A DNA stretch of 64,000 bases from Verrucomicrobiales bacterium (GCA_018003315.1 JAGNEJ010000016.1:35-64034); one strand, 5' to 3'; shown: positions 27,617 to 36,792, counted from the stretch's first letter. Translations and numbers: made by a program. Notes: generated by a model from the sequence alone, not told the origin.

Positions 27617-28639
27617 TCAGCGGATGTGGAAGACCGAGTGGACCAGTTTTTTGTTTTCGAGCGCATAGCGACGCCAGGAACTGTGGTCGTTCATGGGAAC
27701 CCAGCGGCGCTCCTCCTTGCGGTAGTGCCAGTCCTTGTCGTTTTGATAGTTGAATTCCAGTCCGCGGCCTTCCACGATGTTGAGGATCTCGTTGTCGTGA
27801 TAGTTGAATTCGTCGTAGTCCGTCAGCGCCTTCTGGCCCATTTCTGAGTAAATGCCATTCAGGTCGATGAGGAGGTTGTTCCACTGCTCATTCATGGCCC
27901 GCACCTTCAGGCCGGTGCGTTCGGCCTCGCGCAGCATGATCGGATAGCTGTGGCTGGGATAGGCGCTGTTGAGGTGCTTGGAAATGCGCTCCCGCTCCCG
28001 GCGGTCCGTCACATGATAGGAGAGGATTTCCTCGCAGATTTTGATCGAAAGCGAACTGGAGCGGTCGATGGCTCCGAAAACCAGCGGGTGGATGTGTTCG
28101 TAGAGCGATTGATAGGGGTTGGCGTCGCCGGCGGCGGAAGCATTCTTCCAGAGTTTGAGCACCCGGTTGAGTTCATCCTGACTGACCGACACCAGATAGT
28201 TGTTTTTGTCCACGGGGGACAGATCATGCGTGAGCGACGTGTCCACCGCCGTCAGATAGGCCAGCGGGCCCATCAGGATTTCATCCGCGCCGAGGGCCAT
28301 CATGGTGGCGGCGCTGGCGCATTCCAGCGGGACCAGAGCGACCAGTTTTTTGGAATACTGGCGCAGCAGATTCACGATGCGCAGCGCAGCCTGGCCGTTG
28401 CCGCCGCAGCTTTTGATGAACAGAAAGATGGTTTTCTGGGGCCCCATGTGCTTGAGGACTTCATAGAAGGCCGCAACGTCATTGTGGCAGACCGAACCGT
28501 TGCCGGATGTCCAGTAGGCTAAAAACCGTCCGTCCAACTGCTTTTCCAGCTTTTGAATGACCGCCTGGGTCTGCTTGAAGAGCACCGGTGGACGCCTGAC
28601 TTTTGCGGGGGTGGGGGATTTTTCGGCAGGCACTTCCAT
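27617..28639 (-). CDS. SDH-family (serine dehydrogenase proteinase) ClpP/SppA-fold serine protease
   Basis: The ATG at 28639 (MEVPAEK...) gives 340 aa. FIKSCGGNGQAALRIVNLL and PLECASAATMMALGADEILMG resemble the Clp-fold S49/SDH active-site region. Visibly lower G+C than its neighbours. The 619-codon upstream extension of this ORF is antisense to the GT2 gene and is discounted. Confidence 0.6.
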   Translation of the reverse strand: MEVPAEKSPTPAKVRRPPVLFKQTQAVIQKLEKQLDGRFLAYWTSGNGSVCHNDVAAFYEVLKHMGPQKTIFLFIKSCGGNGQAALRIVNLLRQYSKKLVALVPLECASAATMMALGADEILMGPLAYLTAVDTSLTHDLSPVDKNNYLVSVSQDELNRVLKLWKNASAAGDANPYQSLYEHIHPLVFGAIDRSSSLSIKICEEILSYHVTDRRERERISKHLNSAYPSHSYPIMLREAERTGLKVRAMNEQWNNLLIDLNGIYSEMGQKALTDYDEFNYHDNEILNIVEGRGLEFNYQNDKDWHYRKEERRWVPMNDHSSWRRYALENKKLVHSVFHIR

Positions 28640-28804
28640 GCGTGGGGGATATGGAAGGAAATTGCCGCCGGTGCAAGGAGAGTTTCTTTGGACGCACCGG
28701 TTCCGTGCAGGCGCAGGTGGAATGCGTGATGGAAATTGCCGCGACTCTCGTCCAACGGTCATCCCTCTCGCCTGCTTCGCGCCCTGCGGGGCTCTTTCCA
28801 AATC

Positions 28805-31318
28805 ATGCCAGACTGTCCGACCCAGCACCGCCTGCAAACTGCCGGCAAATTTTTCCGCCGCGGCGGAGGCAAGGTTTATTTGTCCGGCGTGACCTACGGG
28901 CCTTTTGGACCCGGAGAGGCAGACCGCTGGCTGCCTGGCCCGGACCGGGTGCAGGCGGATCTGGACCTTATCCGCAGCCTGGGGAGCAATGCGCTGCGCC
29001 TCTATCATGCGCCGCCGGAATGGTTTTTGGAGGCGTGTGCTTCCCGGGATTTGCAATGCGTGGTCTCCCTGCCGTGGACGGACCATGTCGATTTCCTGTC
29101 GGACCGCGCCACCCGGCGGCAGACGCTGCTCGCGATTCGCCGCGAGGCGCAGCGCTTGGGGAAACGTCCCGAAGTTTCGGCGCTGCTGGTGGGCAACGAA
29201 ATCAATACCACTTTGGTCCGCTGGCTCGGACCGCGCCGGGTTCTCGGCTTTGTCGAGGATTTGATCGACGCCGCCAAGCAGTCGGCTCCGGAAACGCTGG
29301 TGACCTACGCCAGTTACCCCTCCACGGAATATCTCATTCCGGCCAACGGGGATTTTGTGGCCTTCAACGTCTATCTGGAACAGCGGGAGGCGTTTGAGCG
29401 CTACCTGGCTCGGCTGCAGAATCTCGCCGGAGACCGTCCGCTGGTCGTCTCGGAATTCGGAGCGGATGCGCGGCGGCTTGGGGATCAGGCGCAGGCGGAC
29501 CTGCTGGCATGGCAGCGCGATGCCGCCGTCAGCGGCGGCGTGGCTGGAAATTTTGTGTTTGCCTTTACCGATGAATGGTTCCGCGGCGGGGCGGAGGTCA
29601 CCGGGTGGGAATTTGGACTGGTGGACCGCCACCGCAATCCGAAGGCCGCCTTTCACCGGCTGCGGAAACTCGGGCCGCTGGGGCCGCCGGAAATGGCACC
29701 GGATGCGCCGCGGATTTCCGTCATCGTCTGCACCCGCAACGGCGCGCGCACCCTGGACGAATGCCTGACATCTCTGGAACGGCTCGACTATCCAAATTTC
29801 GAAATCATCGCCGTCGATGACGGATCCACCGACGACAGCCGCGGCATCATTGCGCGCCATGCCGGGGTGCGGTTGGTGGTGCAGGAGGCGGCCGGTCTCA
29901 GCGTGGCCCGGAACAACGGTGCAGACCATGCCACCGGGGAGATCCTGGCCTACACGGACGACGACTGCGTGGCGGACCGGGACTGGCTCCGCTACTTGTG
30001 CCTGGCGTTCCGGGACAGTTCCGTTGCGTGTGCGGGCGGCCCGAACATTCCGCCGCCCGCGCAGTCGCTGGCCCAGGCGTGCGTCATCGCCGCACCGGGC
30101 GGACCGGCCCACGTGCTGCTCACGGACGTGCAGGCGGAACATGTGCCAGGCTGCAACCTTGCCGTGCGCCGCAGCGCCTTTGACGAGGTCGGCGGCTTCC
30201 TGCCGCAATACCGGACCGCCGGGGATGACGTGGACTTTTGCTGGCGGCTCCTCGAGCGGGGAGGGAAAATCGCCTTCCATCCCGGTGCCATGGTCTGGCA
30301 TTACCGGCGCTTTTCCCCAGGCGCCTACCTGCGGCAGCAGCGCGGCTATGGCAGGGCGGAAGGACTGCTGCTGGCCCAGCACAGCGCGCGTTTTGGCCAT
30401 TTTGGCGGAGCCAGGTGGCGCGGCGTGGTTTACCAGCCGGCGCTGCTGAGCATGGCCAGGAAAGGCGGACGCATCTATTCCGGGGCCTTCGGTCACGCTC
30501 CGTTCCAGGTCATTTATTCCGCACCGCTTTCGGATTTCATGTATCTGACCAGCAGCTTCCCCTGGATGCTAGTGGCCGCGGTTCTGCTCGTCAATTTTAC
30601 CTGGAGCGCGGTGCTCGGCAGCGCCGGGGCGGCCATGCTGCTGCTGATCCTGCTCGTTCCGCTGCGTCATTTGTTCCGCCTGTCCTTGCCTGCGGACTGC
30701 CAAGGCATTCGCGGACGCTGCCTGCTGTGGGGGTTGCTGATCCTCCAGCCGCTGCTGCGCGGCATGAGCCGTTTTTTCTGGGGCCTGCGCTCAGGAGGAA
30801 TGCCCTCCGGACCGCTGCTGGGAAATCCCCGCAAATCCTGGACCGGACTGCGACTGTCCAAACCGGTCGCCGAACTCGCATTCTGGAACAGTGAGGGCAA
30901 AGACCGTGAGGATTTGCTGCGCGAGATCCTGAAATCGCTCCGCCAAAGCGGGCTGCCGCACCATGTCGATGACGGCTGGAAGGACTGGGACATCGAGGTG
31001 CGCGCCTCTGCCTGGTGGGCGGTTAAATTGACCACCGTCACCGAATATCACGAACAGCAGCGCCGCCTCACCCGCCTCCGGCTTTCCACCCGCGCAACCT
31101 GGGTGAATCTGGCCTTCAACGTCTTGCTCACTGCGGGCCTGATCGTCACGGCCGCCCTCTGCTGGTCCGTTTCCGTGGCGGTGGGTGCTGCCGCAGGGGG
31201 GACGCTCTGGTGGGTGGTCATGGAGAATGTTCACCGTCGGGTCGCCCGGCGGGCAGCGGGCCTGGGCATGGTCGCTGCCGCGGAGTGCGGACTGGTTCCG
31301 GCCACCAGCACGGGCTGA
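28805..31318 (+). CDS. fusion protein: clan GH-A-like (beta/alpha)8 hydrolase domain + family 2 glycosyltransferase + C-terminal polytopic membrane domain (putative exopolysaccharide synthase)
   Basis: The N-domain has VGNEIN (acid/base-like NE) and VVSEFG (nucleophile-like E). The GT2 core has ISVIVCTRNG, AVDDGSTDD and AYTDDDC (DxD). LRQQRGYG stands where processive GT2s carry QxxRW. At least 4 TM helices follow residue ~620. Confidence 0.75.
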   Translation: MPDCPTQHRLQTAGKFFRRGGGKVYLSGVTYGPFGPGEADRWLPGPDRVQADLDLIRSLGSNALRLYHAPPEWFLEACASRDLQCVVSLPWTDHVDFLSDRATRRQTLLAIRREAQRLGKRPEVSALLVGNEINTTLVRWLGPRRVLGFVEDLIDAAKQSAPETLVTYASYPSTEYLIPANGDFVAFNVYLEQREAFERYLARLQNLAGDRPLVVSEFGADARRLGDQAQADLLAWQRDAAVSGGVAGNFVFAFTDEWFRGGAEVTGWEFGLVDRHRNPKAAFHRLRKLGPLGPPEMAPDAPRISVIVCTRNGARTLDECLTSLERLDYPNFEIIAVDDGSTDDSRGIIARHAGVRLVVQEAAGLSVARNNGADHATGEILAYTDDDCVADRDWLRYLCLAFRDSSVACAGGPNIPPPAQSLAQACVIAAPGGPAHVLLTDVQAEHVPGCNLAVRRSAFDEVGGFLPQYRTAGDDVDFCWRLLERGGKIAFHPGAMVWHYRRFSPGAYLRQQRGYGRAEGLLLAQHSARFGHFGGARWRGVVYQPALLSMARKGGRIYSGAFGHAPFQVIYSAPLSDFMYLTSSFPWMLVAAVLLVNFTWSAVLGSAGAAMLLLILLVPLRHLFRLSLPADCQGIRGRCLLWGLLILQPLLRGMSRFFWGLRSGGMPSGPLLGNPRKSWTGLRLSKPVAELAFWNSEGKDREDLLREILKSLRQSGLPHHVDDGWKDWDIEVRASAWWAVKLTTVTEYHEQQRRLTRLRLSTRATWVNLAFNVLLTAGLIVTAALCWSVSVAVGAAAGGTLWWVVMENVHRRVARRAAGLGMVAAAECGLVPATSTG

Positions 31319-31461
31319 ATTGCCGCATACGGCCCGGCTGGCACGGGGGCCTTCCCTCGCAGCAGAAAATTTCCATCTGCCGAACAAAAGAGACTTGCAG
31401 CCGGAATTTCCCAAAGCTATGAAGTGCGCCCCTCGCCAGCTGATTCAGACAGTCAGGCAAA

Positions 31462-31541
31462 GCTCGGGTGGCGGAATTGGTAGACGCGTACGTTTGAGGG
31501 GCGTATGGGTAACCGTGCGGGTTCGAGTCCCGCTCCGAGCA
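31462..31541 (+). tRNA. tRNA-Leu (anticodon GAG)
   Basis: Cloverleaf folded by hand. Acceptor GCTCGGG/TCCGAGC (one G-T pair). D-arm GGCGGAATTGGTAGACGC as in bacterial tRNA-Leu. Anticodon stem TACGT/GCGTA with loop TTGAGGG. Long variable arm TGGGTAACCGTGC. T-arm GCGGG-TTCGAGT-CCCGC. Discriminator A. CCA is not encoded. Confidence 0.9.
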
Positions 31542-31646
31542 CTATTTCCCCGAATCAGTGGGGCCTTCCGGACGCAGGCTTCAGCAGGCACTGCCAGCCC
31601 GTCCGGAAATCGTTCGGCGTTCCGCCTGCAGGACGCTCCCCAGCCA

Positions 31647-34600
31647 TCACGGCAGTTCGACAAGCACCTTGAAAAACCGCCGCGGTGCAGTGCCGGGATC
31701 GGTGTGAAGGGCCATCGCCCCGGTGCCGCGAAATGGACCGGCATCAAGGTTCCAGCTTCCCGGTGCAAGGGTGTCGCTGTGGAGGATGGAATAGTAACGG
31801 TCCGTGCGGGTGGCAACGCTGAGAATCCGCGCGGCAGAGTTTGGAACCGGCTCGAGTTGCGCCGCAAAGACTGAGGCGCCGGACTGGGGATCGCTGCCGC
31901 TGACAAATTCCGCGTAGTTGCTGAGGCCGTCCTGGTCGGCATCCTGCGCGCCATCGGCAAGGGAGGGATTGAGGCTGTGGGCCAGTTCCCAGTTGCTGGG
32001 CATGCCGTCGCGGTCCGGATCCTCCTCGGTGATTTCCAAGGCGGCAATTTCCGCATCGCTCAAGGCTCCGCGATAGGCGCTGACCGAGGTGACGTCGATG
32101 AAGTTGTCCTCGCCGTCTTCATCGCCAAAGAGCAGGGTCACCGGCTGGAGTGCGAATTCCCCATCCACGGGCTGGATGTTGCCGCTGAGGATGCGGACGC
32201 CGTTGGCATAGATGCGGTAGAAGCTGCCGTGATCCACCGAGACAGCAATGCGCGTCCAGGTCTGCTGCGGCATGGCCCAGGCGCTGTAGCCGGTGGTCGC
32301 CCTGCCCACGGTGCGCTGGGTGTTGCGGATGAAGCATTCGGCGTCGTCGGTGTTGGCGGGATTGGCCTGAAAGAGGGCGATCCACTGGGTGGCGCTTTCC
32401 GGCGGGGAACTGATGTCGAAGACCAGGGTGTACTCGTTGCTCCTGGTGCCGCCGCCATTGGCTCCGATGTTGTGCGTGCAGCGAAAGTGGCTGCCGGGAC
32501 CGATTTTCATCGCGCCGTCGAACGCGTGGCGTCCGGCCATCGCCTGGGCGGTGCCGATGAGCTGGAGGTTGGTGCCGACGGTGGCTTTGGTTAGGTTGCC
32601 GGGATCATTGAAATCCCAGCGTCCGACAAGTTTCGAGGCCTCCACCTGGACGGGCAGAATCGCGGTATCCGTGCCGCCCTGACCGTCGCTGACCTGCACG
32701 GTGAATTGGTTGACGCCGAGATCGCCGGCGGAAGGAGTGCCGGTGAGGCTGCCGCCAGGACCCACTCGCAGCCAGGCGGGTCCGCTGATTTTGGTGAAAA
32801 CCAGCGTCTGCGGGTTGTAGTGGGTCACGCTGTCCCGGAGACTGCCCTGCAACGGCGCGCCCACCGGGGCGGAGAGGGCAGCCAGGGGATCCGTCAGGAA
32901 AACCGGCGGACCGGCGGAGAAGACAACCAGGGTGGCGTCGTTGCCGCTGCCGCCCAGGTAGGTGAGGTAGGCGGAGAAACCGCTGCCGAGAAAATCATTG
33001 CTGACGATCACCCCTTCCGTCAGCGGGGAACCGGGTGCCAGGCTGGAGCCGAGGCCGCTGGTGAAATTCCCGCCGATGGCATCGGTGCCGTCATTGCTGA
33101 CCAGCGTGATCTGTTCGCCGACGGCAGGCACGTAGCCGCCGAAGCCGGTGAGGTCGAGCCGCGCACCGCCCAGCGCCACGGTGCCGGTGACGTCGAGCCG
33201 TGAGCTGGCGGCCGGGCCGTTGAGACGCGCCTTCACGGCGGATCCGGCGGCGAGGGTGAGGTTGTCGAGGAACAGGAGCGGAGCCGGAGCGGCATGGCCG
33301 GGGCTGATGATGGAGCCGGATGGGGCGCTGACTTTTCCCTGCACCTTGCCGGTGCCGCTCAGGGTTTGGCTGGCGGCAAGCTGGAAAACCCCGCCGGGCA
33401 GGCCGGTGGTCTTGAGCACCGCATTGGGGAACAGCTCGATGACCGGAGAATTCGGCATCAGGTTCGTGGCCGAAGCGTGTTCCAGGATCAGGGCACCGCC
33501 GGTCACGCGGGTGTTTCCGGCGTAGGTGTTGACGGCTTTCAGAAACAAATCGCCGCGGAACACGCCGCCGTCGTAGGAGCCGCGCAGGTAATCGCGCCCG
33601 TGCGTTTTGGTCAGCGAGCCGGGGCCGTTGATGACGCCGCCAATGGTCAGGTCCCAGTCGCCGGTGTTGATTTGACGGTCGCCTTCCAGCGTGAGCGGCA
33701 GATTGATGACCGGTCCGGCGCCGGGAGCGCCATCCGGGCCGTAGCCGCCCATATTGACGATGTCGCCGCCGAGGACCATGCGGTTGCCGGAGAAGATGTA
33801 GCCGTTGGAAAACGTGCCAGGGCGAAAGACCATGCCCGCAAAGCGGGTGCCGATGGGGAAGTTGTTGGTGGAGGTTTTTTTCACCGTGCCGTTGAAGATG
33901 AGAAGCTGATCGGCCGCCGGTGCGGTGCCGCCCCAATTGGCCGCAGTCTGCCAGTTCGCGTCGGAGCCACCGCCGGTCCAGGTGCGCTGTGCGGGACCGA
34001 GTTCCCCGGTGATCTGGATGGTGTTGGTCGGCTGGTTGAAGGTGGCGCCGATGGCGAAGCGGCCGCTGTAGTCGGTGTGCTCAAGGTCAAGATAGGGCGA
34101 GTAGGAACTGAAGTCGATTTTTCCGTTGTCCGGATCGAACCGTGCGATCTGCAACAGGCCGTTGCCGCCGTTGATGATTTGCTGCCAGTCCACCTGCACC
34201 TGGATGATTTTCCGACCGTCGGTGGTGGTGTCCATTTCATGGCGCGTCACCCAGTCGTGGCCGTTGCAGGTCATGAAAACCTGCGGGTAGGGGTTCACCA
34301 GATCATTCCAGATATTCTGTCCGGTGGCGGCCCGGCCGGAGCCGTTGTCGAACATGTAGCCGTGGGTGGAAATGATCGTCGGTTTGCCAGGATGGGCGGT
34401 GATGATGCCCGCAGCCCAAGTGCGCTGGGCGGCGGTGCAGGCGTGGGGCAGATTGATGTGCAGCAGCGTGAAGCCGCCGCTGCTGAACGTCTGGGCGTGG
34501 GCCATCTGGTCGCTGCTGGACCCTAGATGCCACGGATAGCCGACATAGCGGGCGCTGCCGAAAAAGCTGGGAGCGCCCGTGTCATGGTTGCCGAAGGTGA

Positions 34601-34901
34601 TCGAGTAGGGCAATTGGCCGTCGAGCAGATCCACATTGGCGTCCGCCACCGGCCAGTGGGCGTTGTTTTCATAGGTCACGTCGCCCACGTGCGTCAGGAA
34701 GGCAATGTTGCGGCTGGCCACGTGGTCGCGCACCCACTGCGTCTGCATCCGAAACAAATCCGGCGCTCCGGTGGCCGCATAGCGGTAGTATTGCTGCGTG
34801 TCGCCGAGGATGACGACCTCGAACGGTTGAATCGCCCGGGCCGTGGGCAAGGAAGCGATGGCCGCGAGGAAGAGGCAGTGAATGCGGAGCAGGGGGTTCA
34901 T
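31647..34901 (-). CDS. large secreted multidomain protein: calcineurin-like metallophosphoesterase + autotransporter-associated beta-strand repeats + Ig-like + LamG-like + TSP3-type Ca-binding repeats
   Basis: The ATG at 34901 gives signal peptide MNPLLRIHCLFLAAIASLPTARA. Metallophosphatase motifs ILGDTQ, HVGD and GNHD. PATR-like WTGGGSDANWQTAANWGG. Dystroglycan-type Ig (FTKISGPAWLRV...GTPSAGDLGVNQFTVQVSDGQG). Asp-rich DPDRDGMPSNWE and DADQDGLSNYAEF. Confidence 0.75.
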   Translation of the reverse strand: MNPLLRIHCLFLAAIASLPTARAIQPFEVVILGDTQQYYRYAATGAPDLFRMQTQWVRDHVASRNIAFLTHVGDVTYENNAHWPVADANVDLLDGQLPYSITFGNHDTGAPSFFGSARYVGYPWHLGSSSDQMAHAQTFSSGGFTLLHINLPHACTAAQRTWAAGIITAHPGKPTIISTHGYMFDNGSGRAATGQNIWNDLVNPYPQVFMTCNGHDWVTRHEMDTTTDGRKIIQVQVDWQQIINGGNGLLQIARFDPDNGKIDFSSYSPYLDLEHTDYSGRFAIGATFNQPTNTIQITGELGPAQRTWTGGGSDANWQTAANWGGTAPAADQLLIFNGTVKKTSTNNFPIGTRFAGMVFRPGTFSNGYIFSGNRMVLGGDIVNMGGYGPDGAPGAGPVINLPLTLEGDRQINTGDWDLTIGGVINGPGSLTKTHGRDYLRGSYDGGVFRGDLFLKAVNTYAGNTRVTGGALILEHASATNLMPNSPVIELFPNAVLKTTGLPGGVFQLAASQTLSGTGKVQGKVSAPSGSIISPGHAAPAPLLFLDNLTLAAGSAVKARLNGPAASSRLDVTGTVALGGARLDLTGFGGYVPAVGEQITLVSNDGTDAIGGNFTSGLGSSLAPGSPLTEGVIVSNDFLGSGFSAYLTYLGGSGNDATLVVFSAGPPVFLTDPLAALSAPVGAPLQGSLRDSVTHYNPQTLVFTKISGPAWLRVGPGGSLTGTPSAGDLGVNQFTVQVSDGQGGTDTAILPVQVEASKLVGRWDFNDPGNLTKATVGTNLQLIGTAQAMAGRHAFDGAMKIGPGSHFRCTHNIGANGGGTRSNEYTLVFDISSPPESATQWIALFQANPANTDDAECFIRNTQRTVGRATTGYSAWAMPQQTWTRIAVSVDHGSFYRIYANGVRILSGNIQPVDGEFALQPVTLLFGDEDGEDNFIDVTSVSAYRGALSDAEIAALEITEEDPDRDGMPSNWELAHSLNPSLADGAQDADQDGLSNYAEFVSGSDPQSGASVFAAQLEPVPNSAARILSVATRTDRYYSILHSDTLAPGSWNLDAGPFRGTGAMALHTDPGTAPRRFFKVLVELP

Positions 34902-35007
34902 GATTGGGGAAAAAGTGGTTTCAGTTGGGCGCGGATCCGGTGCATCCGCGCATCCATGGGGATGACCCATTTCAGGGCAGGGGTGATGTGCAGAATTCCA
35001 TGAGTGG

Positions 35008-36207
35008 CTAGGGGGGCTGCATCCTTCGCAGGATCCGCTTCCAGATGTCGAGTTCGGGCAACAGGTCCTTGCCGGTGCTCCAGGCCCCAGCGCACTGGCA
35101 GAATTGCCGGAGCATCGGCAGAAATGCGGCTTCGTCCAGAAATTCGGTGAGGGCAGGACAATCGCCGTAGTCAGAGCGGATGTATTTCCCGTTGCGCCAG
35201 AAAATCCGGGTGCCGCCCTCCTTGTGGGACGTGCTGAACGATCCGCCTTGCTGCAATCCGTCCACAATGGCGCGCTGCACCGCGGCCACGGTGTCCAGGT
35301 GCGCCTCCGCCTGGAGCGCTTCTTCGCAGAGCGTCCGGAAACGCTCGCCCTGGCCATCATTGCCCCCAGGCGGACGGGCCGCCATCAGGTCGCGCGTCCA
35401 CAGACGATACCAATGGTCCGACGCCTGGCGAAAATAGTCATGGCTCTCCACTGGCTGGTCCGCCCAGGAACTTTCGGTGTGCAGGGAATAACAGAGCGCA
35501 TGATCCAGCGCGGCCTCGAAGCGCAATTCGAAGCGGTATTCCGCACCGTTCAGATTCACCCTGGCCCGCAGGCACAGTTTTCCGTTGTCCATGGCGCCGA
35601 CAAACAGCGTCGTGAGGTCCCGCTCCAGCGCGAACTGCACGGCGTGCGGCGGGCGTTTGTCCCGGAAATGCAGTACGCGGGACCAACCGGTGGCGGTTTC
35701 GCAGTTGGTGAACGCGGGCGGCTCCGGTGTGTTGGTGCGGGCCGGGGCGGGCTCTGGAAGGTATGATTCCCTGGCAGCCGGACGAACACCCGTTGTTCCT
35801 GGCAAATCACTGAGGAATACCGCCGCCTCACGCTGCGCAACCCGGTCCAGCGGGGCGGGCTTCGGCTCGTGCGCCTGGCGGATCGCGTCCATGTCCGGCT
35901 CGGGCGGCGGCGGATGGGGCGCTTCGAGTACGAAAAAGTGGCGCTTGGCGTCCGTAAATTCACCGGCATGGCTGGAACCGTTGCGCTCGTAGAAATCCAG
36001 TTCCGGAGTCTTCTGGCGCGGACGCGAAGTGACCGGACGGGCCAGCTTGATGCAAGCGCCGCACGGGGCCGCGGGAAAACCGTGGGCGAATTCGATGATC
36101 TCATTTCCCGCCGCGAGTTCCGCCAGCACCAGTTCACGCAGCACGGGCGGGAATCCGGCAAATTCCCCTTCCTGTTCCCTCGTTAGGTTCATGCGACTCG
36201 CGGGCAT
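35008..36207 (-). CDS. hypothetical protein (two domains joined by Pro-rich linker)
   Basis: 399-aa ORF with ATG at 36207 (alternative MNLTREQ at 36192). No signal peptide or TM helix, and no recognisable motif. Coding-like composition. Lies 106 nt upstream of the giant secreted protein on the same strand. Confidence 0.5.
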   Translation of the reverse strand: MPASRMNLTREQEGEFAGFPPVLRELVLAELAAGNEIIEFAHGFPAAPCGACIKLARPVTSRPRQKTPELDFYERNGSSHAGEFTDAKRHFFVLEAPHPPPPEPDMDAIRQAHEPKPAPLDRVAQREAAVFLSDLPGTTGVRPAARESYLPEPAPARTNTPEPPAFTNCETATGWSRVLHFRDKRPPHAVQFALERDLTTLFVGAMDNGKLCLRARVNLNGAEYRFELRFEAALDHALCYSLHTESSWADQPVESHDYFRQASDHWYRLWTRDLMAARPPGGNDGQGERFRTLCEEALQAEAHLDTVAAVQRAIVDGLQQGGSFSTSHKEGGTRIFWRNGKYIRSDYGDCPALTEFLDEAAFLPMLRQFCQCAGAWSTGKDLLPELDIWKRILRRMQPP

Positions 36208-36423
36208 TGATTCGGTTTGCGGTTTCCGTTCTGCGGTGCGTCAGGTTTGGCAAATACCGCCGACAATGCGGACCATGCCACACGCAGGAATATCACGTCC
36301 AGTCGCATTTCCCACACGGGTTTTCCGGAGTTGGAGAGGTAGTGGCAGAAGCAGGAATTCATGACTGGGGATGCCGACGGCGAAAATCCGCTCCAGCGCA
36401 ACCGCGCGCACCAGGGCTCCCAG

Positions 36424-36628
36424 CCGTCAAGAGACGGTTCTCCGATGCGCCGAAGCGAGGTAGGAAGCCGAACCCGCCGACACAACCCCAAACGAGGCGA
36501 TGACTCCAAAGTGGTCCGCACAGTCCCCTGTGCGGAATGCAGAAGCCCAGCGCAATGGCCTCCGCTCAGAGGACTGAGCGGTCCACGTTGCGGCCATCAA
36601 CCTGGCTGCTGGTGCGGCAAATCGCACC
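36424..36628 (+). other. cluster of four short perfect hairpins in the 585-nt region upstream of the M66 protease gene (possible structured leader or REP-like elements)
   Basis: CCGTC-aaga-GACGG (36424-36437). TCCGCACAG-tccc-CTGTGCGGA (36515-36536, 9 bp). CCGCTCAG-agga-CTGAGCGG (36562-36581, 8 bp). GGTGCG-gcaaat-CGCACC (36611-36628). The second and third share CCGCNCAG/CTGNGCGG arms. Strand of function is unknown. Confidence 0.3.
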
Positions 36629-36792
36629 GTGAGGGCCCACTTCGTCACTGGTCGCCAAAATGGGGCGATGGGTTGACAAAAGCCCTTTTCAACCGCTTGG
36701 GATGGCGTGATTTTGCAGGCAGGAATTGTCCGTCACGGAATTGCGCCCCTCGGACCATTGCACTCCATTTCATTTCAACTCATTTTCATGCC

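Noticed and set aside
28640-30496. 619-codon 5-prime extension of the SDH-protease ORF (ORF 27617..30496)
   Set aside because: It runs antisense through the GH/GT2 gene, which has clear catalytic motifs. The extension is Arg/Pro/Gly-rich. The protease domain begins cleanly at ATG 28639.
31445-32056. 203-aa minus-strand ORF overlapping the tRNA-Leu gene
   Set aside because: It overlaps a confidently folded tRNA and the 3-prime end of the 1084-aa gene in another frame. Low-complexity composition.
36361-36792. 144-codon N-terminal extension of the M66 protease ORF
   Set aside because: The extension is Arg/Gly/Pro/Cys-rich and not protein-like. ATG 36793 is followed directly by a good signal peptide. 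I applied the same logic to extensions at 34902-35360, 10934-11179, 53744-54286, 63374-63967 and others.
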